From: Pelagomonas calceolata
Taxonomy: Eukaryota
NCBI GenBank assembly: GCA_918797485.1
Contig: CAKKNE010000005.1
Span: forward strand, 1,612,001-1,676,000
DNA length: 64,000 bases
Direction: 5' to 3'
This document shows, piece after piece, positions 49,347 through 61,888 of this stretch (position 1 is the first letter of the stretch; each line of letters starts with the position of its first letter). Position numbers and translations under genes: made by a program. The notes under the pieces were generated by a model. That model was not told the origin of the DNA. It did no database searches and saw only the letters and a program-made list of their open reading frames with translations.

Positions 49347-51112
49347 TCAACGAACAAGAACTAGGTCGTCTATCTTTAGAATCATGCAGATGCATTCAGT
49401 GGCAAGGTGGATGGCGCAAGTGTTAACTAGGAGAGGCTGAACTACATTGAGGGTGTACATATTCCCGATGCAGCCATGCTTCACATTGATACCTGCATCA
49501 GCTTCAGCAACACGATGTCGCTTACGGAGCTGTGTGACTATGTGGATTGGATTAAGCCCGGCGTTTTCAGCTAGTGTGTAAGGTACAACTTCGAGCGCAT
49601 CGGCGAACGCACTAAGGCAAAAACCAACGGAACCTGGCTTTGTTTTGGCTATATCGCTCAGCTTTAGGCAAGCTTCCACTTCTGCTGAGCCGCCACCTGA
49701 GATGAGGTATCGCTTCTTCACGAGCGAACGAACAACACAGAGAGCGTCGTGAAGCGAGCGGTCAGCCTCCTCCAGAACAAGCTTATTGGAACCACGAACA
49801 AGGATGGTAACTGAAGCATTCTTGCGTGGCACACCTGTGACCTTGACGACTTTCTGTGATGACCCAGGCATTGAGATCTCATGGACAAGCTGAGCTGTTC
49901 CAAGTTTAGCTGGATCTAGCGAATCTACCTGTGTCTTCCTATCTTCCCACACCGCTTCGCGTGACTTCGTCACACGCAATTTGGACACAGTAATTTACAT
50001 GGGCAACAGGAAGAAGGTCGAGAGTTTCAGAAATATGCGATATATCGTTGCGCTCAATATCAGCAACAACCATAATGCCCATCCTATGGTGGGATTTTGG
50101 GTAAAAAGAAGTTTCTCGGAGTTGGACGCGGTGGCAGGGTGACTTAGCGAGAAAATGAAGGGATAAATCGTTGTATGCGTCACGCAGAATGGACTTTTGA
50201 ATGAGTAGGACGGTGATTCCGCATTTCTTTATCTTCTTGCACAAGCCAAGGACGTGCTTGCGCTCCTCGCGAAGAAGCCGATCCATGGCCGCATAGTCGG
50301 AGACCACGACATTGTTTTCCATGTCGGTCTTGGGAGCTGAAAGGCAGAACTGGATGAGACCAACCTTAGCATTTTCTACACGTGTGGGACCTCCAGCCGC
50401 CTTCTTGGCACCTTGTGCAAAAACAATTCCGTCGACCAGCTCCGTGTCATCGACTGTCCCTCCGACTTGCTTGACAATTTTAATTGCTTCCAAGTCAACT
50501 GTTGTTGCAAAAGTTGTGTCAATGACACTCAGGACTGCGTCTACAGCTAGCGGCGCAAGGGTCTCCGAGTTCTGGGAGATAACCTTAGACGAGAGGCACG
50601 TCCTTACCGCATCAACAAGCCTATCCCGCTCACTGAGTGTTATCGGCTGTGCGCAGGACTGTAGAATTGAATCACATGTGTTGGCTGCTAGCACAAATGC
50701 CTCTGCAATCGAGGTTGGATGCAACCCCTTGACAAGTAGCTGGTGGCAGGCATCGAGCAATGATCCAGCAATCACGCAGACCGAAGTAGTTCCATCTCCG
50801 GCCTCAATGTCTTGCGACTTGCTTAACTCAACGAGCATTTTGGCCTGAAGTAAACCAGTCACCGTGATTAATTACAACTAGTCTTACTGTTGGATGCGCT
50901 ACGTTCATTTGCGTCAGGATCGTGGCCCCGTCGTTAGTTATTAGCACCTCGCCATCAGACTTTTGGATCATTTTGTCCATTCCCCGCGGCCCAAGCGACG
51001 TGCGGATCGCATCCGCGACTCCTTTGGCTGCCATAATGTTGGATATTCGTACATCTTTTTCTTTTTTTAATCCACGCTGCGACTCCCCGTCAAAACGAAC
51101 TGGAGCGCGCAT
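49347..51112 (-). CDS. CCT4: T-complex protein 1 subunit delta; three GT-AG introns
   Basis: [74 protein letters not shown]. Confidence 0.97.
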
Positions 51113-51665
51113 TTCCCTGCGCCAAAATTCGGCCGATCTCTCAGGGGTCACTAGTGTATATAGCGCTGGCTCCGGTTCAAGACCTGGATTCACTGGCAGG
51201 ACTCGGGCCGCCCCGGGGTAGAATATCATCATCCGATGATTCAAGTTACAGAAGGCCCGGCGGGCCAGCTAGGGCCCCTGCCGGGTACGACCGACCAAAG
51301 CCAGGGATTCTGGGCAGAGCCACGACCAAGTGTCTTCCAGTAACGTGCGCTACTTGCCTTCAACAGATAATTTCTGAGTCTTGTGTGGCATATGCGGTCA
51401 ATGACATCGGAGGGGTGCGATTTGATTTTCCGCAGCACCTTGGCTATTGGTAGGCTGCCCGTGGTCTCCCGGGTTTCTTATATGTTCCCTGGCTCGCGGA
51501 GGGGTGGCTAAGAGGGCCGGCGCCGGGGGCCCGGCCGGTTCCCTGGGAAGCGTGCTCGAAGCGGCGGCGAGGACTTCCCTCGTTCCGCCGATGCTCGGGC
51601 TACGAGCTCGAGGCCGCGCAGCCAACTCTAGTCTAATAGATTAGCCCGCCCGGGCTCACACTCGC

Positions 51666-52809
51666 ATGGCTTCGGCCGTGCATTTCAGCGAAACGTTTGA
51701 TAGAGACAACGGGTCTTGCAGAAAGCGGCTGAAGCTCTTGGAGTCAGATCAATGTCTCTTGGATACGCTGGAGCGAAACCTAGAAGTGCAATTTGTTTCT
51801 AATAGTGCGTCCCTCGTTATTCTCGCCTCTTCCACTGGTTGCTGTTGCTGTCAGGCAACACTTCAGATACAGTCCTATGTACACCGACTGAAACCTTCAA
51901 GGTGACCAAGGTTGAGTCATCCAACTCAACCCTACTCGCAAGCGGATGCCTCATCGGGGGCACAAGTGGAATCATTCGATCTTCAGTTAGATTCCATTGG
52001 GAAATATGCCGTACCACTCCACGCGTTGACTTCAGGCTGAGCCTCCCGGTATATAGTGATGAAAACACGTCTGTGGGTGTAGCACCAAGCTTGACGCAAG
52101 TTCAATCTTATAGTCAGGCGTCGTGTGCTGAGCTTGAACAGACCCTTCAGACGAGCACGATCCTTCTCAATGAGACGGGAGGGCATTTTTATCTAAAAGA
52201 AACAACACTGCATCAATGTCTAGACCAGATCTTGATGGTGATTTCACTTAAAGGCTGGCCACCATCGGCGATTCCACTCAAAGCTTGTGCTGAAGATGCT
52301 GCAAAACATGGTTCAGACATTATCTTAACCACACATTGCCTCAAACACTTTGCCCTTTTTTTGTCTCCAAGTGGAAAAGTGAACCTGGATGTTCGACGTG
52401 TAGCTCGTACACTCACGAGATCTCTATTTGTTACCAAAGAGATCTACGAATCCACGAGACACCTATTGAACGACCTTCATGACTGTCTCCCGGTGAGTTT
52501 TCGCTAACATATACCTGGCTGCATGCTTGCACCTACAGGCTCAAATTGAGCCCGCAATGTCCTGGCTCGATGGAATAATTACTGTATCTGTGAATGGGGA
52601 AGTTGCACTCGCTACTGACAAAGGTCGCACCTGATCTATTTATGAATTACTTGTATGACCGAAACACCCCCGCTATGCAATCGGTGCATAGGGCTACCTC
52701 GGAGTCCCCTTGCTTCGTGCGCCACAGGAGATGGAGGAGGGGGCTAGCGCATGCGCCTCCAGGGATCCAAGGGTCTATCTCTGCCCTGGGCTCTCAATCA
52801 TGGTTGTAA
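51666..52809 (+). CDS. DCC1: Sister chromatid cohesion protein DCC1-like; intron 51805-51854; 3' exons approximate
   Basis: LKLLE.., TVLCTPTETFKVTKVESSNSTLL and QASCAELEQTL resemble DCC1 conserved blocks. Confidence 0.65.
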
Positions 52810-52940
52810 GTAGGTCACTGGTCGTACGTGGCGCCGCCGTCGCTCGTGCTGAAGAGTAGGCAAACGCCCGGCCCGCCGTTGTTCCATTGGTTGGGGTTAG
52901 AGGGTCACTGTGAGGGCGGGCCCAAGAGAGCTGCTCTCCG

Positions 52941-53910
52941 CGAGGCCCTAAATCGGCGCGGTCGCAAATAAATCTCCAATTTCCTGGTAGGGAAGCGCCT
53001 GACCTGAGCGCAGAGCGACGCACCTCAAGCAGTTCACCAGTTGTCCGTCGCCACATGCCAACCTGCAGGCGGTCGGGAGAGCATATTCGGTGATGTCGAT
53101 GACGGGCCACTTGGGCATCTAGCGCCGTGTGCACTCCAACGGACGTTCGAATGACCACACCGCGCAAGTGGAACGGACTTAGAAGCCAGCGACTCCAACC
53201 GCAGGGAGTCGAATTCGCCCGAGAGCGGCATGTGTAGGATGTTGGACGTACTCTCCAGGCCGGGCCGCACCGCTGGCCCTCGGAACCCCTCGTACCTTCT
53301 CAAATTCACTCATACTTCTGCTGGCTTCTCCGGGTGCTTTTGGAGTGGGACCAAGTATGTACTACTAGTCCGACACACTCTAGTTGGCGCGTGGGGTTTT
53401 GGGGGCACTCTACGGCTAGCGTGGAGCCGCATTTGTGCCGCAAGCGCGTGTGGAGGTCCTAGGAACTCGTCCGCGCCTGGCGTAAAGAGCGCGCGTTGAA
53501 AGCTAGCCGCCTCGGCGGTCTGCGAGTGCCCAAAAGCCTGGTGCTCTGCGAAGGCCCTAAATCGGCGCGCGACTGCGGACAGATCTCCAACGCAAATAGC
53601 GATGCACCTTCAGAAGTCCACCAGCTATCCGTCGCCACATGTCAATCCGCGGCCGGTCGGGAGAGCATATTCGGTGAATGTCGATCGCGGGCCGCTTGGG
53701 TACCTATCGACAAAATTGGGCCGGTATGACGTACGTATGCATTCCAGCGGACGTTGGAATGACGCGCCGACGCGCCGCGCCAGTGGAATGGACTTATGGC
53801 CCGCGACGCCGACCGCGGGGAGTCGAACTCGTCCGAGAGCGGCCTTTAGGACGCTAGGCGTATTATCATAGGATACCAGCGCGGGTGGGGGGTTGGGGGC
53901 ACTCTCTGGT
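52941..53910 (+). repeat. Diverged tandem direct repeat, ~600-bp period (52941-53415 vs 53549-53910)
   Basis: Shared blocks aggccctaaatcggcgcg, tccgtcgccacatg, ggtcgggagagcatattcggtga, gggagtcgaa.tcg.ccgagagcggc, ttgggggcactct. Confidence 0.85.
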
Positions 53911-54253
53911 GCAAGGAAAACCCGCACCACCCCCGTCACCGCGCGCGGGCCCTCCAAGACTACAGCCCCCCTACCGCGCGGGTTTTAGCTCTCCGTAGTA
54001 TCTCGGCTTCAACTTACAGTGACGTCAACCTCAAGTTGAAGTAAGGGTAGTCATAGGTAGCCACGGACCCCCCTCTGACCTCCACAAATTTACTCCCGCC
54101 TCTGACGGGACGTCTCAGACGCTTTCCGACGTCTAAGTCACGCGCCAACTAACTAGGTCAGGTCGGAGGAAGTACTAGAAGTAGAAGTAGGCTACCGTGA
54201 TAGAGCCCGAGGTTTTGGCGGGGCATGAGCATGGCGGGCGAGCTTTTAGCAGG

Positions 54254-54977
54254 ATGAAGGCTTTTGACGAGAAGCCTACAGTGGCAGAGGTCGTCAGCTC
54301 TGGTATCGCGCAGCGCGTCGCCGCGTCCGCCAATCATTATAACCTTCACTCACCTCCCAGGAAGCTCCAGCAGTTACTCGATCGGTCTACGGTCCATATC
54401 TTGCCGCGGTGGTTAGGCTTTGCGCGGCCCAGCGTCCGTCGCTCACCGTCGACCTCCGCGCGTCTGATACCAAGCCATAGGCAGTGTGCCTTGCCCTCTA
54501 CGGCCTTAGGGTGTATATAATACAAGGGTGGTTCATTGTGACATACGGCTTAGGGATTTTCCTGCTGAACAACTTCATCGGATTTCTTTCCCCCCAGATC
54601 GATCCTGATGGTGACGGGCCCTTGTTACCAACTTCGACAGGCGACAACTTCAAGCCATTTAGTCGACGCGTACCAGAATTTAAGTTCTGGTACACCTCGA
54701 TAAAGGGCGTGTGCACGGCCTTTTTTATGACCTTCTTTTCGATATTTGATGTGCCCGTCTTTTGGCACAGCGCCGTGTCTCTCACAAAGTCGCCAGTAAC
54801 ACCCCCAACAGAGTGAACACTTACCACAGGCCCATCCTTTTGGTCTACTTCTTCGCTCTCTTTTTCTTGACAATGAAGCGCCAGATCAAGCACATGATCA
54901 AGCATGAGTATGTGCCCTGGTCCTGGGGGAAGAAGTCGTATGCGCCGGGCAGACAGGTTCACAAGATCCGGAAATGA
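54254..54977 (+). CDS. RER1: ER retrieval receptor RER1; introns 54313-54360, 54422-54480, 54765-54829 (all GC-AG)
   Basis: QQLLDRST...[79 protein letters not shown]. Confidence 0.95.
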
Positions 54978-55716
54978 TCACGCGGGCATAGAACGCGGGC
55001 ATAGCAAGGTAATGGTCACCCCGACGCCGGAAATTCCCCTTGATGCCCTATATATATATGAATAATAATAAATACTAGTCGCACACTGGCATCTACCTGA
55101 GACTACCTCTCCATACATAACTTGAAAAAATAGAATGTTGCTTATTAACCCCCCTACCAGGGGTCCGTTTCGATGCCCAAGGCCGTCCGGAAGGCTGCAT
55201 AGGAAGGGGGGACGTGTAATCTGTGGGCCCCACCCCAACCCTCCCCCCCATCCGAGCAGTCCCCTTCGTTTTCGAGGCTAACGCGGCAGCGTCGCGGCGC
55301 CCGCGGGTTGGCCCTGGAAGGCCCCAGGGCACCAACCCGCGCGGCTTGAGCATACCCTGGCTCGCTTCTGTCCACGCCTTTGCCTCAAGTACTGTTTTAG
55401 CCCGTATATATTAACAGTGGTTTTGAAATAGCTATGTCAATTCGGGTTGCGGGGGCGCGCGCCTAGAGGGGTGACGGGGGAGCTATCCCCCGCGAGCGTG
55501 TACGTAAGCTTGCTGCCGGTCGTAGAAGCGTGCGTCGTCGTCGCCGTGCCCGGGCGCGTTGGTGAACAGTGGTTTTATGCACTTCAAAATAAGCCCAGCA
55601 GTGGAGTCCGTTGGAGACGCTGTCTGCGGGAGAAGAAAATTCAATACAATTCGTATCGATCATACAGAGGGTTCCGGACATTCTATTTTTTATGTATGGA
55701 GAGCTAGTTAAGCAGG

Positions 55717-56155
55717 GCCGGAAGCAGGATATTCCCTAGCAGCCCTATATAGATATGGAACGATAGGAAATAATTAGTGGATAATTAGAGGCCGCTTTAT
55801 CCCGTCCATTGGAGAGATTGTTTTTCGGGCGGGTTTTATCTCGGACCATCACCGCGTCGCAGCTGATTTTTCAGCGCGAGGCTGCCCGCATGCACCAAAC
55901 TTTGCACGCAACCCATTATTTTAGCATACGGAAGCTGCGCCTCAGCAAAAGTTTGTCGCCATTCGGTCGGCCCCGGGCGTGTGGCTGTAGTACGCTCATT
56001 GCGCCAAAACCTGCCAACGTCGACTATTGCGCCCGACCCCCCTATAAATTTCGAAGTCTCCAAGGAGCCTTAAGCGTCGCAGGCTAATTCATTCTAATAA
56101 GAGCTAAGAGAAGGTAAGGAAGAATGTTACTCCAACGAATTAACCGACTTCCCAG
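55717..56155 (+). mobile_element. ~430-bp MITE-like dispersed repeat (copy 1)
   Basis: Aligns over its full length with 60975-61417. Confidence 0.85.
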
Positions 56156-58242
56156 GCCGGCCTAGGGGAACATCTAGTCGCACAGCCTGGCCAGGCCGGG
56201 GAAAAGGCCTCAGGGCCTCCCTCAGGCTTAAAGGTACCTTAAAGGTGTATGTCCTTTCTTTAGGATATTCCTACTTTATTTCAAGTTTTATTTACTAATA
56301 TTTAATAGCAACTTGAACTATTAAGAGCATCCCGAGCAGGGCCGGGAGGACTCGGAGGCTCCGACTCTGAGTCCGAGTCTTAGGAGTTTGGTTCTTTTCA
56401 CTAAAGGTCTTCCTTAATTTATTTTCCAAGTCCATTATTCAAGTTGAATTATTACGCCGCTTCGCCCCCCCCAGGCTCCGAGTCCCTAGAAGCGACAGTC
56501 CTCCAGCTATGGCACGGAGCCCTTCCCACGCATGCGGCCCATGGCACTGGCATGGGGGACTCTCGGCGGTGTCCCCCCATTGCAGGATCTTTCCAACTTG
56601 AAAATCCTCTCAACAATTGGAACTTGAATGTAGTATCATACACACCACACGCAACGCGTAATAAAACACCCGGGCCGTTGGTCCTTGGAATGCTCTTGAA
56701 TCTGTTGCATTATAGAGCCGAGTTCTTGGATTCAATTTGCCAGTGTTGAACTCTCGGGCTGCTGTTGCATTTGCTTATCTTGCAGGCCTCTAATCGCCGG
56801 CGGCCTTAGCCTGAGGGTCCAGCGGGTTCGGATAAATACGATCTTAGTCTAGGTGACACGCCTCCGAGTTCCGCGGTCTTTTTTCTCGTTGTTTCTTCCA
56901 GTGTCGGGGGTCTTCCGAGTCTCCTGACTGTGACATCCCCGAGGTCGGCACGGTCGACCGCGTCGTAACGAACCCTAGCTAACCAAACGTTGTCAGGTAT
57001 CTAGACGAGCAGCCGCCGGTAATCGTACAAAAAGCTATGGCGGGACAGGCTAAAAGTGGCTCTGTGGTGCACCACAGCGGGCTGCGAGGCTGCCTGATGA
57101 CTGGGGAGTTTGGCTGCATCTAAAAATAATAATATTGAAGGGAATTGACTTCAGCAGCTGTTGGAGCGCGATACGCCATTTGAAACCCCCTGGGCCTCAA
57201 ATCAGCTGCCGAATCCCCGCATATGCCCGCCGTGGTGGCTGGGAAGGCATACAACAAAAAGTCCTAGACATTCAGCGCGATATTCGCCCGATGCACGGTA
57301 CAGCGAGAAACGCGGACCACGCATAGACCGACATCCCATGGGCCTCTGCCGCTGCGTTTGTCTCAGATCGTCGGCGGCCACACGGACGATGATATCCGAC
57401 ACTGCGGTGGCCCGATCGGCTCGAAACTGCGCCAAAAAAGACGATCGCATGTCTTTTTTCATGGTTTTTGGCCGTTTCTCGGCGAGAAGGGATTCGTTTG
57501 CTGCCGCGTTTTCGGCATTGCGTCGCCCGGCTGCCCGCGACCACGACGTAGACTAAGTGTTTTGCACGAGGATGCCCGCGCGTTTTGTAGACTAACTGCA
57601 TCTTCCGCTGACTACGTAGTCGGTGTACTCTGAAATGTATCCGAGGCTCCGTTTACTGGTCCTTTTGACCTAGTCATGGCCTGGTAACGCCCCCAGGATG
57701 TACTGGGCAGCGTGGGAAGGCCCCAAAACCGCGTCTAGTACCCCCCGGGCTGCCCCGGCCCCCTGGCTGAAGTAGTCGGGAAGTAGTCGGACCCCGGATT
57801 TCGACCACTATCTCAGGCCGTCAGGAGCTCTTGTAGTCGGTAGAAGGGAGGGTCTTGGACGCAGGTGCTACCCCCACGTCACGGTGGTCGACCGTGACCG
57901 CCCCGGGGTGACATCCCGCTTCCTATTGGTTAGAAATTGTCGGCCCGTAACCTGTGACACGGAGATGCCAACAGGGCGGAATTTCGTTGTAAAGTGAGTG
58001 TGTTTGAACAGCCTGAGGAGTTAACTTCGTCACGGTTAGCACAAAGCCTGAGTTGGACTTGGACTCAGCGGACTCAGACTCGGATACAAAGCATTCACCA
58101 CTAGTATCCACTGGTACCTGAGGAGAACCATCAGTATGAGTAACTAGGGGATCATAGTAACTAGGGTGGCTGAACCCCGCACCGCGAGATACCGTAGGTA
58201 CCGTAGGTACCGAGCTAACTTAACAGTGTACTGCGGTATACT

Positions 58243-60315
58243 ATGGCTGCCTTTGGTACTGATTGGAAAAGCAAAGTGGGCCCGTGGTGCGTAAATCCGC
58301 TCTGGTTGAGAGGAATATTGAGTTTAGGCTTGAGCTCCTTGAGGAATTGAAAGCTCTCTCTCTAGATAATGCGCTCTCCCTGCCTCAGGTGTGTAGCGCT
58401 TTAAAAATCAGCTTATTGAACATCATAGATATGCGTTGCTGGTGATCAGAGTAGTGGCAAGAGTTCGGTTCTTGAAGCCTTATCAGGCATTCCATTTCCA
58501 AGAGGATATGGGCTGGTGACACGCTGCCCTGTGCGACTTGTGATGCGTAGTGCTCCAGAATGGTCCTGCAGTGTCTCCACCACCTCATCAACGCAAACAA
58601 TCACCCCCAAGTCACCTGATGATCTCACAGCCATAATTTTGCGTCTGACTGAGACTCTTACTCAAGGTCAAAAGGAGCTTTCATCGGATGCAATCATTAT
58701 TCGTTTGAGCTCCCCCGAGTCACCAGATCTCACAGTAATCGATTTACCGGGAATTGTACGTACAGAGACGTCGGAACGAGGGGTTCGGGTCATAAAACAT
58801 ATAAATAATCTCATCAACCACTACCTAGAAGAAGACAGGACAATTATACTTGCCATCATTCCGGCAAACCAAGACATTGCGACCATTGACATATTGGAAC
58901 GTGCCCGGATAGTTGACCCAGCTGGCGAACGAACCATTGGCGTTCTTACAAAGCCTGACCTCATTGGGCCTGGAAATGAACAGGAAGTGGTTGCCGTACT
59001 AAGGAACATCCGCAAGCCATTGAAACTTGGCTTTGTTATGGTCAAAAATAGGTCGCAGGCCCAGGTTGAAGAAGGCTTATCCTGTCAGACAGTAGCGGAC
59101 GACGAAGAAACATTCTTCCAAAATCACCCGACCTTCTCATGTTTAGATCAACGGCTCCTTGGAAGCAGGAATCTTGCCTCATCCCTGGCAAGACTCCTGA
59201 TACAACGCATCAAACAGCAAACTGCTCCTATTAAGCGTCAGCTTGAGGGTATGTTGAGTTCAATTAGAGCAGATTTGCGTGCGATGTCATCGTGTGGCAG
59301 CGCATCGACTGCAGGTCAAAGGCAGCGGCTTTTGGTCACCTTAACACAGGAGTTTGTCCGACACCTTAATGATTGCGTTCGTGGCGAGTACCGTGATCGA
59401 ATCATAGTGTGCAATCCCAATTTGCGTCTTTACACTCGTGCTCTGATCATATTTCACGAGTTGCAATCTAAAGTGGCTGCAACGGCGCCACCATTTCGTA
59501 TCAAGAACTTTACATCTAAGCTGGCTTGCCAGATGGAAGCTCTACGTGGGCGCGAACTTCCGGGGTTCATGAGCGCGCAGTCATTTTACATGTTTATTCA
59601 AGAATTCATCAATGCTTGGGACCCTCCAGCTCGCATGGCCGCCGCACAGATGCGAGCACTTACAAATGAAGTTGTTCGTGACTTGTTCGAAAACATAGCT
59701 GCCTCATACCCTGTACTACGAGAGTCATTTCAGGCCGTTGCGTCATCTATTTTGGAGACATCGGAGCACGAGGCACTACGACTGCTGGAGGGTCTTGTTC
59801 TTCGTGAGAAAGATCCGTTTACCATCAACGAGTTCCTTCAAGCACATATAAACAAATTGCGTTATGACCGATTTGAGAGTTCGGTGGATGCTGCATTCAA
59901 GGGGTCTATACTTGGTGATTGTTCCGGGCAGTCTGGTTCTTGGCAAGCTACTAAAAGTCATATTGGTGCATCTCTTCGATCTTGGTACCTTTCGGCCCAC
60001 GGAGTCAGTTCTTCTGCAAATGCCGAGGACATGTCAGCCATTTTAGAGGCATATTGGACCCTTGCATCAAAACGATATGTAGATAATGTGTGCATGTGTC
60101 TTGATGATCGCATCCTTGGCACCCTTTGTGGGAAGTTACAAGAAACGTGTTATCAGTTCGTTCATGATGAAGCAAAGCTGAGAGCCTTTTTCACTGAGGA
60201 TAGAGCCATGGCTATTCAGCGGTCTCGCTTAGAGAAAACTTTGGATAAGCTTAGTAAGGCTAATGCATCGATGAACAACATCCAGGCGGAACGCAGGCCT
60301 TCACGACGTCTGTGA
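58243..60315 (+). CDS. Dynamin-family GTPase, Mx/DRP4-like; introns 58287-58327 and 58389-58428
   Basis: LPQICVAGDQSSGKSSVLEALSG..PRG.GLVTRCP, LTVIDLPGI, RTIGVLTKPD, RGRELPGF, C-terminal GED. No PH or PRD domain. Confidence 0.92.
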
Positions 60316-60974
60316 TGGAGTCTGAACCACATGTTGCCATGTATCATGACTTAGGTGTTCAGGTTCTGTGCAACCGCCGCTGACACCCAGCGGGCTTAAG
60401 TTTAAGTTATCGGTCGCTGTTGAATCTCAAGGGCTCGGTCTGCAGCTAGCAGACGAAGAAGGCCGAGTGGGTACTTTTGCTGCATATCTTATTCGTACTA
60501 AACTCGCTGCAGGTGGTTACCAAGGGGTTTCGTGGAGCAAGTCAGGTATGTTATCGTATAAATAGGCGTTGAGCTTGCACACTCGATAGATAGGCGCAAC
60601 TGGCAGAAATCCAGGTAGGCGATATTCTAATTGAAATCAATAATTCACCCTGCGGTTCTTTTCAAAGTGCAATATCAACGCTAAAGTCTCTTCCCAAAGG
60701 TGCAGTTCAGCTGACATTTCTTCGAGTGAGCTAGGACATGCGTGCATCATGTTGTGTTTAGTTGCTACATCATTTCTTGGATCGTGCTTGACATGCTCTG
60801 GCCCTGAACCAGAAAGTGATGTCATTTTCCAGAAAGCTACCACCCCCGCACGCGAAGCCGAGAATAATATTGTCCCTCGAAACAAATTGACCAGGCATCC
60901 ATCTGCACCGTGACGAGAGGCAAGTGGCCGCACGTCGAGGCGACGGTGGCTAGGCACCCAGCTGCATAAGCCGA

Positions 60975-61417
60975 GCCGGACACCGGAAATTCCCTAGCAG
61001 CCCTATATAGATATGGAACGATGGGAAATAATTAGTGGATAATTAGAGGCCGATTTATCCCGTCCGTTGGAGCGATTGGGTTTCCGGCGGGTTCAAGTTT
61101 TTTCTCGGACCATCGCACCGCGTCGCAGCTGATTTTTCAGCGTGAGGCTGCCCGCACGGTACCAAAATGCGCACAGCCCATTATTTTAGCATACGGAAGC
61201 TGCGCCTCAGCAAAAATTTCCCGCCATTTGGTAGGTGTGTGGCTGTACGCGCATTGCGCCAAAACCTGCCAACGTCGACTATTGCGCTCCACCCCCCTAT
61301 AAATTTCGAAGTCTCCAAGGAGTCTTAAGCGTCGCAGGCTAATTCATTCTAATTAGAGCTAAGGAAAGGTAAGGAAGAATGTTACTCCAAAGAACTTTGA
61401 ATTAACCGGCGTCCGGC
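60975..61417 (+). mobile_element. ~440-bp MITE-like element (copy 2) with imperfect TIR (A)GCCGGACRCCGG
   Basis: Left end agccggacaccggaaattc; reverse complement of right end agccggacgccggttaattc. The left end also occurs at 42580-42600 and 55019-55060. Confidence 0.8.
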
Positions 61418-61888
61418 TAATAAATCTCTGACGAACTTCTTTTCGTCATATGAAGTCCCCTGTCGTAAGGGGTCTTCTCCGAGTCTTTCCTGTTCGTTTT
61501 CGTCGCCAACTGTTGCTTGGTCGCTCATTTTATTAAAATACTAACAAACGGCTTGGCTTTGGTCCCAACGAGTGTAGTGTGGACACTCGCGAATGTATAG
61601 GATTTCAAAAGGTAATACGGCGGAGTACTAGTATCTCTTAGGACCGTGGGCCCATAACCTGCGAATAATGCAAGACCAAAGGAGTACGCACCTTTGGGAG
61701 TACGGCGGCTGAGATAGTCTGCCGCGGAGCTACCTTAAATACACTAAGTAGTTTTGGTTTTAACTGTGTTTATTACGCGTTGCGTGTTGAAGGGTGATGT
61801 AAGTGTACTACTATATAAAGGGTATAGGACTCGGATAGGGGGGGTATTTCGCCCTATTTATCGCAATCTCCTCTTCTTTCTCCGTCTT
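61418..61888 (-). mobile_element. Ty1/copia remnant: PPT (61866-61888), 206-bp LTR (61660-61865), PBS GGTTATGGGCCCA (61647-61659), truncated gag-like start (ATG 61528)
   Basis: LTR bounded by inverted TGCGA...TCGCA, containing TATA-like and AATAAA (61769-61774) motifs. The PBS matches the classic copia internal tRNA-iMet primer site. Confidence 0.85.

Noticed and set aside
1033..58428. Introner elements (known from pelagophytes)
   Set aside because: The introns read here share no obvious sequence similarity, TIRs or TSDs with each other.
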